This document shows, one piece after another, positions 49,111-57,408 of a stretch of DNA of 64,000 nt. The stretch covers positions 3,515-67,514 of the forward strand of contig VGBO01000001.1 in NCBI GenBank assembly GCA_016870475.1, given 5' to 3'. A program made the position numbers and the translations under genes. The notes under the pieces are model-generated. The model was not told the DNA's origin and did no database searches. It saw only the letters and a list, made by a program, of their open reading frames with translations. The first letter of the stretch is position 1, and every line of letters starts with the position of its first letter. Origin of the DNA: Actinomycetota bacterium (GTDB lineage Bacteria; Actinomycetota; Acidimicrobiia; Acidimicrobiales; CAIXPF01).

Positions 49111-49856
49111 GCTCACCCCGCGACCGCCATCTCACGATCTACGGCCGGAACCCGGTCGCCGAGGCGCTCGAGGATCCGGCGGTGCCGGTGGCGCGGGTCT
49201 TCGTCGCGGAGCGGGCGCACGGTCCGGTGATCGACCGGATCCTTGCGACCGCCCGCCGGCGCGGCGTGGCCGTCGAACGGACGAGCACCGACCGGATCGC
49301 GCTCATCGCGCGCAACGGTCGACACCACCAGGGGGTCGCCGCCGACATCGCACCCCCGGGCCTCGAACCGCTCGGCCCGTGGCTCGCCCGACGCCGTGGG
49401 CGCCTGCACCGCACGTCGGTGCTCCTCCTCGACGGCGTGCACAACCCCGCGAACGTCGGGATGATCATCCGGTCGGCGACCGCTGCGGGAGTCGACGGCG
49501 TGGTGGTCCCCGACCGCCGCACCGCCGAGCTCGGCCCGCTCGTGCTGAAGGCGTCGGCCGGGGTGGCGCTCGCGGCGACGCTGCTGCGGGTCGACGACGC
49601 CGCGACGGCGGTCCAGATGCTGCGCGACGCCCGGTTCAGCATCGTCGGCCTCGACGGCTCGGGCACGGAGTCGCTGTTCGACGCGCCGCTGCCCGACCGT
49701 GGCTGCTACGTGCTCGGCAACGAAGCCGAGGGGATCTCGGTGCCGACCGATCGGACGTTGCGGATCCCCCTCGCTGGCGGGGTCGAGTCGCTGAACGTGG
49801 CGGCGGCGGCGACGCTCATGGCCTTCGAGCTCACCCGACGCGGCGGAACCGACTGA
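49107..49856 (+). CDS. SpoU/TrmH-family RNA 2'-O-methyltransferase
   Basis: LDGVHNPANVGMIIRSA, YVLGNEAEGIS and IPLAGGVESLNVAAAATL (SPOUT motifs). GTG at 49107 forms a GTGA overlap with the upstream stop. It lies at the C-terminal end of the 1242-aa shadow ORF. Confidence 0.85.
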   Translation: MSSPRDRHLTIYGRNPVAEALEDPAVPVARVFVAERAHGPVIDRILATARRRGVAVERTSTDRIALIARNGRHHQGVAADIAPPGLEPLGPWLARRRGRLHRTSVLLLDGVHNPANVGMIIRSATAAGVDGVVVPDRRTAELGPLVLKASAGVALAATLLRVDDAATAVQMLRDARFSIVGLDGSGTESLFDAPLPDRGCYVLGNEAEGISVPTDRTLRIPLAGGVESLNVAAAATLMAFELTRRGGTD

Positions 49857-50928
49857 CGACCTCGACGTGGGGGGTGTGGGGGAACAGGTCGACGAGCGTG
49901 GAGTGCTCGTAGCGGTAGCCGACAGCCCCGAGCTCGACGGTGTCCCGGCCGAGAGACCCCGCGTCGCAACTCACGAGCACGATGTGCTCGGCCCCCGTCG
50001 CGGCGAGCACCGCCACTCCGGCGGCGCCGAGGCCCCGACGGGCCGGATCGGCGACGACCGCGTCGGCGGGGGTCGCGGACCAGTCCTCGACCGCCGACTC
50101 GACGACGGTCGCGTCGGGCACGTTGTGGCGGGCATCGGCCACCGACGACGGCGACCGTTCGACCGCGGTCACCTCGGCACCGAGACGACTGAACAGGCCG
50201 ACCCCGCTGTACGCATCGACGAGACGTCGGACGGGGCCGAGCTCGTCCCGCACGACGGCGACGAGCGCATCGGCGCCGTCGGGACGCGACTGGAAGAACG
50301 ACGCCGCCGAGACCCGGAACGTGTGGCCGTCGACGATCTCGTGGAGGTGGTCGCGGCGCACGTCCGACGGGACGCGGACCGGGTACTCGGCCGCCACGAG
50401 ACGCTCGCCGGTGCGGGCAGCGACCCGCAGCACGACCTCCGTGTTGTCGCCGAAGTCCCCCTCGACGACGAGCTCCTCGAGCAACGGGTGCAGCACCGGG
50501 CAGGCGTCGAGGACGGCGAGGTCGTGGGACCGCGCGGTGCGCAGCGCCGCACGACCGTCGACCACCCCGACTCGCACGGTCGTTCGGTACCCCCACGGGT
50601 CGAGCGGCGGCCCGTCCCGGACGTCGGGGGTGACCCGGCCGATGCGTTCGAGTGCATCGGCGACGATCCTGCGCCGGAGCTCCCGCTGGGCGTCGAGGCG
50701 GACGTGGCCGAGCCCGCACCCCCCGCAGCGTTCGCACCGCGGTTCGACCCGGTCGGGTGACGGCTCGACCACGGCGACGATCTCCCCGCGGGCGAAGCGC
50801 TTGTGCTCGCTGGTGAGGGTGACGTCGACGACGTCGCCGGGGACGGCTCCCGGGACGAAGACGACCCGTCCGCCCTCGTCCCGTCCGACGCCGTCGCCGC
50901 CGACGGCGAGACCGGTGATCCGAAGCAC
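49831..50928 (-). CDS. TRAM-domain class I SAM-dependent RNA (uracil-5-)-methyltransferase (RlmD/TrmA family)
   Basis: N-terminal TRAM-like beta domain, Cys cluster CERCGGCGLGH and DAYSGVGLFS (SAM motif I). Confidence 0.75.
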   Translation of the reverse strand: MLRITGLAVGGDGVGRDEGGRVVFVPGAVPGDVVDVTLTSEHKRFARGEIVAVVEPSPDRVEPRCERCGGCGLGHVRLDAQRELRRRIVADALERIGRVTPDVRDGPPLDPWGYRTTVRVGVVDGRAALRTARSHDLAVLDACPVLHPLLEELVVEGDFGDNTEVVLRVAARTGERLVAAEYPVRVPSDVRRDHLHEIVDGHTFRVSAASFFQSRPDGADALVAVVRDELGPVRRLVDAYSGVGLFSRLGAEVTAVERSPSSVADARHNVPDATVVESAVEDWSATPADAVVADPARRGLGAAGVAVLAATGAEHIVLVSCDAGSLGRDTVELGAVGYRYEHSTLVDLFPHTPHVEVVSRFRRVG

Positions 50929-50963
50929 GTGGGGAACCTACCGGCGCGGTACCTTGACCGGCG

Positions 50964-51641
50964 ATGACCCTCGCCCCTCGCATCGTCCCCTCCGTGCTCC
51001 CCGCCGACTTCGCCCGCCTCGGCGAGGTGTGCCGCGACCTCGAGGTCGCCGGCGTCGATCGGCTGCAGTTCGACGTCATGGACGGCCGGTTCGTCCCGAA
51101 CCTCACGTTCGGGCCGGACGTGATCGCCGCGGTCCGGTCCTGGACGACCGTGCCGTTCGAGGCCCACCTGATGGTCGAGGAACCCGACCTGCTGGCGCAC
51201 CGCTACGTGGAGGCGGGGTGCGGGATCGTGATCGTGCACGCCGAAGCGTGTCGGCACCTGCACCGGACCCTCGGCCTGGTTCGGGAGCTCGGCGCGTCGC
51301 CGGCCGTGGCGCTGAACCCTGCGACGCCGGCCAGCGCCGTCGCCCACGTGCTCGACCTCGTCGACCTCGTGCTGGTGATGACGGTGAACCCCGGGTTCGG
51401 GGGCCAGGCCTACCTCGGGTCGATGGAACCGAAGATCGCCGAGGTCCGCTCGATGATCGACCGGTCGGGCCGCCAGATCGACCTCGAGGTCGACGGTGGG
51501 ATCGCACCCGACACGATCGCCGGCGCCGCCGCACACGGGGCGGACGTGTTCATCGCCGGGAGCGCGCTGTTCCGGGACCCGGAGGGCTTCGCTCACGCGG
51601 TCACCGACCTGCGCACCCGCGCCGAGGCCGCCCGGCGGTGA
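50964..51641 (+). CDS. rpe: Ribulose-phosphate 3-epimerase
   Basis: IVPSVLPADFARLGE, FDVMDGRFVPNLTFGP, VMTVNPGFGGQ. Confidence 0.95.
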   Translation: MTLAPRIVPSVLPADFARLGEVCRDLEVAGVDRLQFDVMDGRFVPNLTFGPDVIAAVRSWTTVPFEAHLMVEEPDLLAHRYVEAGCGIVIVHAEACRHLHRTLGLVRELGASPAVALNPATPASAVAHVLDLVDLVLVMTVNPGFGGQAYLGSMEPKIAEVRSMIDRSGRQIDLEVDGGIAPDTIAGAAAHGADVFIAGSALFRDPEGFAHAVTDLRTRAEAARR

Positions 51642-52060
51642 GATCCCGCCGACGCCGTTCGACGCTCGGGGTCGCCCTCGTCGCCGCCGGCGTGCTCGCC
51701 TTGCCGACGGCGTGCGGTGGGGACGGGGCCGAACCGGACGCGTTCTGCGCGCAGGTTCGTCGAGTCCCGGTCATCACCGACCGCCTGCAACTCGCCACAC
51801 CGGATCCGACGACCGCATCGGCGGAGCTCGTCGACGAGCTCGAACGGTTGCGGAACGCGTCGCCTCGCGCCGTCCGAGCCGACGTGGAGGTTCTGCTCGA
51901 GCTGAGCCGCGTGCTCGGCACGGCCATCACCACGACCGACGAGGCCGCTCGGGCCGACGCGCTCGCGACCCTCGAGACCCGACGGGTGGAGTGGGAGCGG
52001 GCGAGCGCGTCGGTGGTCGCCTACACGAACCGTGTCTGCGGCGTGCAGCTCGGCGGCTGA
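51638..52060 (+). CDS. Putative secreted/lipoprotein of unknown function
   Basis: GTG at 51638 forms a GTGA overlap with the rpe stop. VRSRRRRSTLGVALVAAGVLALPTACGG is signal/lipobox-like. It is followed by a helical 110-aa domain with a second Cys near the C-terminus. Confidence 0.55.
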   Translation: MRSRRRRSTLGVALVAAGVLALPTACGGDGAEPDAFCAQVRRVPVITDRLQLATPDPTTASAELVDELERLRNASPRAVRADVEVLLELSRVLGTAITTTDEAARADALATLETRRVEWERASASVVAYTNRVCGVQLGG

Positions 52061-52083
52061 CCCCGCTCGCAGACCACCGTTGC

Positions 52084-52650
52084 TCAGCGGTTGCGCTTGG
52101 CGCGGACCTCGTCGATGAGGCCGTACACCTTGGCCTCCTCGGCAGTGAACCAGCGGTCACGTTCGGAGTCGGTCTCGATCTGCTCGACGGTCTGACCGGT
52201 GTGGAACGCGATGCGCTCGGCGAGGAGCCGCTTGATGTACTTCATCTGCTCGGCCTGGATCGCGATGTCGGTCGCCTGCCCGCGGACCCCGCCGAGCGGC
52301 TGGTGCATCATGATGCGGGCGTGCGGGAGGGCGAACCGCTTGCCGGGGGCGCCGGCGCACAGCAGGAACTGGCCCATCGACGCCCCGAGACCCATGCACA
52401 CGGTGCCCACGTCGGGCTGGATGAACTGCATGGTGTCGTAGATCGCCATGCCGGCGGTCACCGACCCGCCCGGGCTGTTGATGTAGAGCCAGATGTCCTT
52501 CTCCGGGTCCTGCGCCTCGAGGAACAGGAGCTGCGCGGTGATCCGGTTCGCGGACTCGTCGTTCACATCGGTGCCGAGCACGATGATCCGGTCCTTGAGG
52601 AGCTGGTTGAACAGGAAGGCGTCGCCGCCCATCATGGCGTCGGAGGACAT
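52084..52650 (-). CDS. clpP: ATP-dependent Clp protease proteolytic subunit (ClpP1-type)
   Basis: [34 protein letters not shown] and [13 protein letters not shown] closely resemble actinobacterial ClpP1 from memory. Confidence 0.9.
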   Translation of the reverse strand: MSSDAMMGGDAFLFNQLLKDRIIVLGTDVNDESANRITAQLLFLEAQDPEKDIWLYINSPGGSVTAGMAIYDTMQFIQPDVGTVCMGLGASMGQFLLCAGAPGKRFALPHARIMMHQPLGGVRGQATDIAIQAEQMKYIKRLLAERIAFHTGQTVEQIETDSERDRWFTAEEAKVYGLIDEVRAKRNR

Positions 52651-52682
52651 GAGCCGGAAGGCTACCCTTCAGGGCACCACTG

Positions 52683-52764
52683 GCGGACGTGGCGGAACTG
52701 GCAGACGCACCAGGTTTAGGTCCTGGCGCCGAGAGGCGTGCGGGTTCGACTCCCGCCGTCCGCA
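52683..52764 (+). tRNA. tRNA-Leu (anticodon TAG)
   Basis: Acceptor GCGGACG/CGTCCGC, anticodon stem CCAGG/CCTGG with loop TTTAGGT, 13-nt long variable arm, T-arm GCGGG-TTCGACT-CCCGC, discriminator A. Confidence 0.9.
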
Positions 52765-52802
52765 CGGGCCGATGGCCGTCGCCCCACGCTCGGACACCCC
52801 CA

Positions 52803-53334
52803 TCACCCGCCGATCGTGTCGGTGATGGACGCGACGGTCGGGCCGAGCACGACGAGCAGCAGCGCCGGCAGCGTGCACAGCACGGTGGGGGCCAGGATCG
52901 TGACCGGCAGCCGCATCGCCCGCTCCTCGACGGTGAGCCGGCGGGCGGTCCGGAGCTCCTCGGCCTGGCTGAGCAGCGTGTCCGCCACCGGGGCACCGAG
53001 TCGGTCGGACTGCACGCGCGCGCACGAACCGGTCGAGCTCGGCGAGGAGCTCCGGCGTGAGCACGCCGCCGAAGAGCACCAAGCCGGCCACGCCGCCCGC
53101 GAGCGGGGTGCGTTCCGCTGCGAACAGCGCCCCGGCGACGAGCGCGGCGACCGACGTCGACACCACCCGGGACCGGCCGGTCGGGCGCGGTGCGGGGAGC
53201 GCTGCGTCGTCGACGGGTTCGAGGCCGAGCCGGTCGAGGAGACGCGGCTCCGGAGGGGTGCGGCGGGCCGCGAGGAGACCGAGGAGGCCGACGACCAGCA
53301 GCGAAGCCCCGATGGCGGGCACCAGCGCGTTCAT
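52803..53334 (-). pseudogene. TadC-like type II secretion system F-family protein, frameshifted
   Basis: ATG at 53334 gives MNALVPAIGASLLVVGLLGLLAARR...LLAELDRFVRAR. After 53015 that frame becomes Arg/Pro junk that reads antisense through tRNA-Leu. The T2SSF-like C-terminus (QSDRLGAPVADTLLSQAEELRTARRLTVEERAMRLPVTILAPTVLCTLPALLLVVLGP) continues in another frame (ORF 52803..53015). The frame change coincides with a CGCGCGCGC run at 53015-53023. Confidence 0.6.
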
Positions 53335-53480
53335 CGGACGACCCCGGCGACGAGGCGGCGCATCCACACGAGGCCGACGACCTCGAGGACGCCTGCGGCG
53401 AGCAGGAAGCCACGGCCCGAGCCCGTCGTGAGCCGGTCGAACGACGCCCGGTCCAACACCGCGGTGGCGGCGACGACGGG
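53331..53480 (-). pseudogene. C-terminal remnant of a TadB-like (T2SSF) protein
   Basis: Own translation of a start-less frame: ...PVVAATAVLDRASFDRLTTGSGRGFLLAAGVLEVVGLVWMRRLVAGVVR-stop. Its TGA overlaps the tadC-like ATG (ATGA). Only about 50 codons remain. Confidence 0.4.
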
Positions 53481-53985
53481 GGGCAGGGCGGATCCGTTCG
53501 CCCGCGTGGGGCCCGTCGGGTGCAGCGAGCACGCACACCCCCGACCGTTCGTCGCGGGTGAGGCACACCTTCACGGCCGTCGTGTCGACATCGCCACCGA
53601 CGAGGTCGACGAGGCTGCGCTCGGGTCGCACCCCGAGCACCGTCGCGGCGTCACCGAAGAGCGCGTCGAGGTCGACGAGCACGACGTCGTCGGGCGTGCG
53701 CTCGGCGAGGGCGACGGCGAGGTTCGCGGCGATGGTGGTCTTGCCCGACCCACCCTTCGGTGCCAGCACCACGGCGACCCGTCGGCCCACACCGCCGGAG
53801 CCGTCGACATGGGCGGCGACCCGGCTCGGTGACGCGACGGTGAGGACCTGCACATCGGGCCGTCGACTGCGCAAGTCCGCAACCAGCCCGATGGCGAGCG
53901 CAGGGTCGACGTCGACGTCGACGCAGACGGTGCTGGCGCCGAGGGCGCCGATCCGTTCGACCAGCTCGGCAACGGTGACACCGGG
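53481..53985 (-). pseudogene. TadZ/CpaE-like ParA/MinD ATPase, truncated at both ends
   Basis: A receiver-like segment (VTVAELVERIGALGASTVCVDVDVDPALAIGLVADLRSRRPDVQVLTVAS) is followed by RRVAVVLAPKGGSGKTTIAANLAVALA (deviant Walker A) and VVLVDLD. The sequence degenerates into Arg/Pro junk after ...VCVLAAPDGPHAGERI. About 150 aa of the ATPase domain are missing. Confidence 0.6.
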
Positions 53986-54231
53986 TTACACGACGATCGG
54001 GACGAACCGGCTCTCGGCCCCGCCGAGGGCGCGCTCTCGACCGAGCTGCACGGCGACCTCGAACAATCCGGAGGGGACCGGCACCCGGGTCGGCGCAGCG
54101 ATGGTCGCCTCCGTCGCTGGCGGAGCGGCGCTCGGCTCGCCACCTCCCGACGATGCCGCCCAACCGAGCAGCAGTCCGAGTTTGAGCGCAGTACCTGCGC
54201 CGGCGAGGAGTCGTGCCTGTGTCGTTTGCAA
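53986..54231 (-). pseudogene. CpaB/RcpC-like N-terminal fragment (TM anchor) ending at an in-frame TAA
   Basis: TTG at 54231 is preceded by an AAGGAAGGA Shine-Dalgarno. It encodes a TM helix (LLAGAGTALKLGLLLGWAA). The 81-aa ORF stops at TAA 53986-53988, but the same frame continues directly into the TadZ-like receiver segment. Confidence 0.4.
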
Positions 54232-54288
54232 CCGTGGTCCTTCCTTGCAGTGGATGTCGTGTGAGTTGGTGGTCGATCGGCGTGGCGC

Positions 54289-55301
54289 TCAGCGCACGAG
54301 TCGGATGAGGCGGGCGCCGAAGTCGAATTCCGGGCCGGCGAACCCCGGGCCGCCGCCGATGAGCTCGACGGGGCGGAACTCGCCGACGATGCAGTTCGCG
54401 CTCCCCCCGGACGGGCAGGTCGTCCTCGCCGGTCCGACCGAGCCCGGGAACTTCACCCCGGTGACGGCGAAGCCCACCCAGCCACCGATGCGCAGCACAC
54501 CGTTCGACCCGCTCAGGCCGTTGGAGCCAACGAAGACCGGGAGCACGATCGTCGTGCCGACCCAGTCGACCGGACTGCAGCGCCGTGGTGGTGAGGCCCC
54601 GGTAGCGACGGGCTGCCAGATCCCGAGCTCGAGGGCGATGGTGCACGTGCTGCCGTCGGGCGTGAGCCAGCCGAACCCGCCGGGGAGTGCCGCCCCGGAC
54701 GAGCTCACACAGGCGCCGCTCGACGAGCTGTGGAACTCGACGGCGCGGATTCCCGGCGGGGGGAGCGTCGAACCGACGAAGCCGCCGGCGCGTTGGTACT
54801 CGCAGGGGGAGATCGCGAGCGGTGTCACCACGGCACGGCGCGGCACCCCCCACGCCACGGTCGCCGCGGCGCGCACGGTCCGACCGGTCTCGGCGTCACC
54901 TAAGATCCCGGCGAAGCGATGCGGGTCGGGTCGGCCCCGGCCGGGTTCGGGGTCGACGTGACGACCTCGAACCAGCCCGAGGCACCATGGGTCTCCACGG
55001 GCGTGGCAGCGCAGTCGCGTAGGCCGGGACCCCGTCCGCAGACGCCGTCGACGGCGGAGGCGCCATCGATCGCGTTGGCGGACGCGTAGCGGGTGGCGGT
55101 GTCGGTGACCGCGCCGCAATGACCGGCGACGCAGTCGTGCGCCACCGCGAGGGCAGCCGCGTCCGCGCCGGCCTGGAGATCGGCCTTCTCGACGGAGAGC
55201 GCTCCCACGTCGACGACGAGCGCTGCGGCGCCGATGAGTGCGACGAGTGCGGCGGCCGCCCAGAGAGCGACGGTGCCGCGGTCCTTCGAGTCGTCGGTCA
55301 T
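54289..55301 (-). pseudogene. TadG-like (Tad_N domain) pilus assembly protein, frameshifted
   Basis: The N-terminal part is in one frame (MTDDSKDRGTVALWAAAALVALIGAAALVVDVGALSVEKADLQAGADAAALAVA..., stop at 54900). The C-terminal part is in another (HRFAGILGDAETGRTVRAAATVAWGVP...PLAISPCEY...GGFGWL..., ORF 54289..55119). ATG at 55301 forms an ATGA overlap with the tadE-like stop. A GGGTC-GGGTC-GG repeat at 54923-54934 lies in the switch region. Confidence 0.6.
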
Positions 55302-55711
55302 CCGGGGCACGACATCACTCCGGTGGCGCGCACGGTGCGGGTGCCGAGGCCGAGGAACGGGACACCGACACCCACCCGTTCGGCGAGGGTGACGGTGGCG
55401 TCACCACCCCCCGACGCCGGACACGGCGCGAGACTGACCTGGTCGATGGTGAAGGGGGCCGAGCGGGCGACCGCAGCGGCGGCGGTCGCCGGGTCGGCCC
55501 CGAGAGCGAGCGTGCGTGCGCCGTTCCGCGCCGCCGACCGCAGCACGACCTGGGTGTCGTGCAGACGGCCGACGGCGACGGTCCCGGCGACGAGGGTGAC
55601 GACGAGCGGGAGGACGATCGCGAACTCGACCATCGACGCTCCCCGCTCCGGATCGTCAGAACGGCGGGTGATGGTGGTCAGGATCTGGTTGATAAAATGG
55701 AGCGCATTCAT
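55298..55711 (-). CDS. TadE-like pseudopilin/pilus assembly protein
   Basis: ERGASMVEFAIVLPLVVTLV is a TadE-type N-terminal motif. 137 aa. Confidence 0.7.
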   Translation of the reverse strand: MNALHFINQILTTITRRSDDPERGASMVEFAIVLPLVVTLVAGTVAVGRLHDTQVVLRSAARNGARTLALGADPATAAAAVARSAPFTIDQVSLAPCPASGGGDATVTLAERVGVGVPFLGLGTRTVRATGVMSCPG

Positions 55712-55782
55712 GGGTCCGACGTACCCGACGCCTGCGCCGTCGAACCGTGCGCGATGATGACGCCGGTTCCCGGGGAGGTCCC

Positions 55783-57390
55783 ATGGAAGAGGTCGAGCTA
55801 CCGCCGCCGCCGCCGACTGGTGCCGTGATCCGCACGCCGGCGAGCGTGATCGACGTCGAGGAGGTGCAGGCGCCCGCGCCGACGCCCGGTGACCTGAACG
55901 ACCAACTGCTGGGCACGAGCGTGTGGTCGGACCAACTCATCGCATCGGCGGGGATCCCGATCTACGACGTGCAGGTCATCTCCGTCGGCGGCGGGATAGG
56001 TTCGTTCGTGCTCGCCGATCACCTCCGGATCGCCGGCATGCCGACGAACGCGTTCATGGCGCTGTCGAACATCGAGACCCCGTGGCAGACCTACGAGTAC
56101 CTCACGAAGGTGTCCCAGATCCCGCGACCGGAGCGACTGCGCAGTGATTCGACGGGCATGCCCGACAACATCTGGGGGTTCCCGAGCTACGCGCTGCGGG
56201 AGTCACGGCGGGAGAAGACGCTCGCCCCGCTGTGGAGCGTGCTCACCGAACCCGTCTTCACCGACTACTGGACGCCCCGCGCCGGCACGGCGTTCGAGGG
56301 CATGGCCCGCGAGGCCGCCCGTATCGGCTGGCACGGCATGGTCACGATGGGTCAGGTGCGGATGGTGCGGCGCCGTGAAGGTGGCGGCTACTTCACGATC
56401 CTCACGCCGCCGCCCGGTGCGTCGCCGACCAAGCGGATCGCCTACCGCAGCCAGTTCGTCCACCTCGCCGTCGGGTACCCGGGGTTGCGGTTCCTGTCGG
56501 ATCTCCAGGCCTACCGCACCGCCTACGGCGACATCGCCCGGGTCGTGAACGCGTACGAACCGCACGAGCACGTCTACGACGGGCTCCTGCAGAAGCCCGG
56601 GCGCGTGTTGGTGCGGGGCGGTGGCATCGTGGCGTCGCGCGTGCTGCAGCGGTTGATGGAGGACCGCATGCACAAGGGTGCGCAGACGCAGATCCTCCAC
56701 CTGTTCCGTACCTACATCGACGGCAAGAACGCGCAGAACGGGCCGTCGCGCCGCAAGGGCAGCATGGGGTTCGCCTACCAGGGGTTCAACTGGCCGAAGG
56801 GTGCGTGGGGCGGGCAGCTGAAGGACGCTATCGAGTCGGCGGAGGGCGCCGAACGGGCCGAGATCTACAAGAAGCTCGGCGGCACGCACACCCCTCGGCG
56901 GAAGCTCTGGCAGCAGCAGATGCGGCGTGCCGCCGGTGAGGGCTGGTACCACACGTTCCAAGGCGAGGTCACCGACGTCCGGCCCGGCGACGGTGGCGTC
57001 GTCACGACGATCCGCCAGAAGAACGGCTCCGTCCACGCGATCGAGGCGGACGTGATCATCGACTGCACCGGCCTCGAGGCCGATCTCGCCGAGTCCAGGA
57101 TCCTCGCCGACCTGTTGGAGCACTCGGGCGCCGGCCGCAACCCGATGGGTCGACTCGACGTGGAACGCACCTTCGAGGTCCGGGGCACGCGCAACGGGGT
57201 CGGACGGCTCTACGCCTCGGGGGCGCCGACGCTCGGCGGCTACTACGCCGGCGTCGACTCGTTCCTCGGGCTGCAGTACGCCGCACTGCGCATCACCGAC
57301 GATCTCGCCGCGCAGGGGATCGTCAAGCGGATCGGCGTCGGTCGGTCGATGAGCCAGTGGTGGAAGTGGTTCCGCCAGAAGCCGATCTGA
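55783..57390 (+). CDS. Two-dinucleotide-binding-domain flavoprotein (FAD/NAD(P)-binding), function unknown
   Basis: VISVGGGIGSFVLADHL (GxGxxG) and VLVRGGGIVASRVLQRL (second Rossmann motif), plus IIDCTGLEAD. Basic amphipathic C-terminus SQWWKWFRQKPI. ATG at 55783 has a GGGGAGG Shine-Dalgarno; the ORF-track start at 55747 is 12 codons upstream. Confidence 0.65.
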   Translation: MEEVELPPPPPTGAVIRTPASVIDVEEVQAPAPTPGDLNDQLLGTSVWSDQLIASAGIPIYDVQVISVGGGIGSFVLADHLRIAGMPTNAFMALSNIETPWQTYEYLTKVSQIPRPERLRSDSTGMPDNIWGFPSYALRESRREKTLAPLWSVLTEPVFTDYWTPRAGTAFEGMAREAARIGWHGMVTMGQVRMVRRREGGGYFTILTPPPGASPTKRIAYRSQFVHLAVGYPGLRFLSDLQAYRTAYGDIARVVNAYEPHEHVYDGLLQKPGRVLVRGGGIVASRVLQRLMEDRMHKGAQTQILHLFRTYIDGKNAQNGPSRRKGSMGFAYQGFNWPKGAWGGQLKDAIESAEGAERAEIYKKLGGTHTPRRKLWQQQMRRAAGEGWYHTFQGEVTDVRPGDGGVVTTIRQKNGSVHAIEADVIIDCTGLEADLAESRILADLLEHSGAGRNPMGRLDVERTFEVRGTRNGVGRLYASGAPTLGGYYAGVDSFLGLQYAALRITDDLAAQGIVKRIGVGRSMSQWWKWFRQKPI

Positions 57391-57408
57391 GCGACAGGAA
57401 CGACACCG

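Noticed and set aside
46128-49856. Very long ORFs without recognisable domains: 46128..49856 (1242 aa), 23789..26194 (801 aa), 49940..52060 (706 aa), 11757..13799 (680 aa), 22153..24081 (642 aa), 56203..57774 (523 aa), and many shorter ones.
   Set aside because: They are Arg/Pro/Gly/Asp-rich shadow ORFs, typical of high-GC DNA. They lie antisense to, or out of frame with, genes that have clear family motifs. Only their terminal segments are real in a few cases (trmH-like at 49107, the lipoprotein at 51638).
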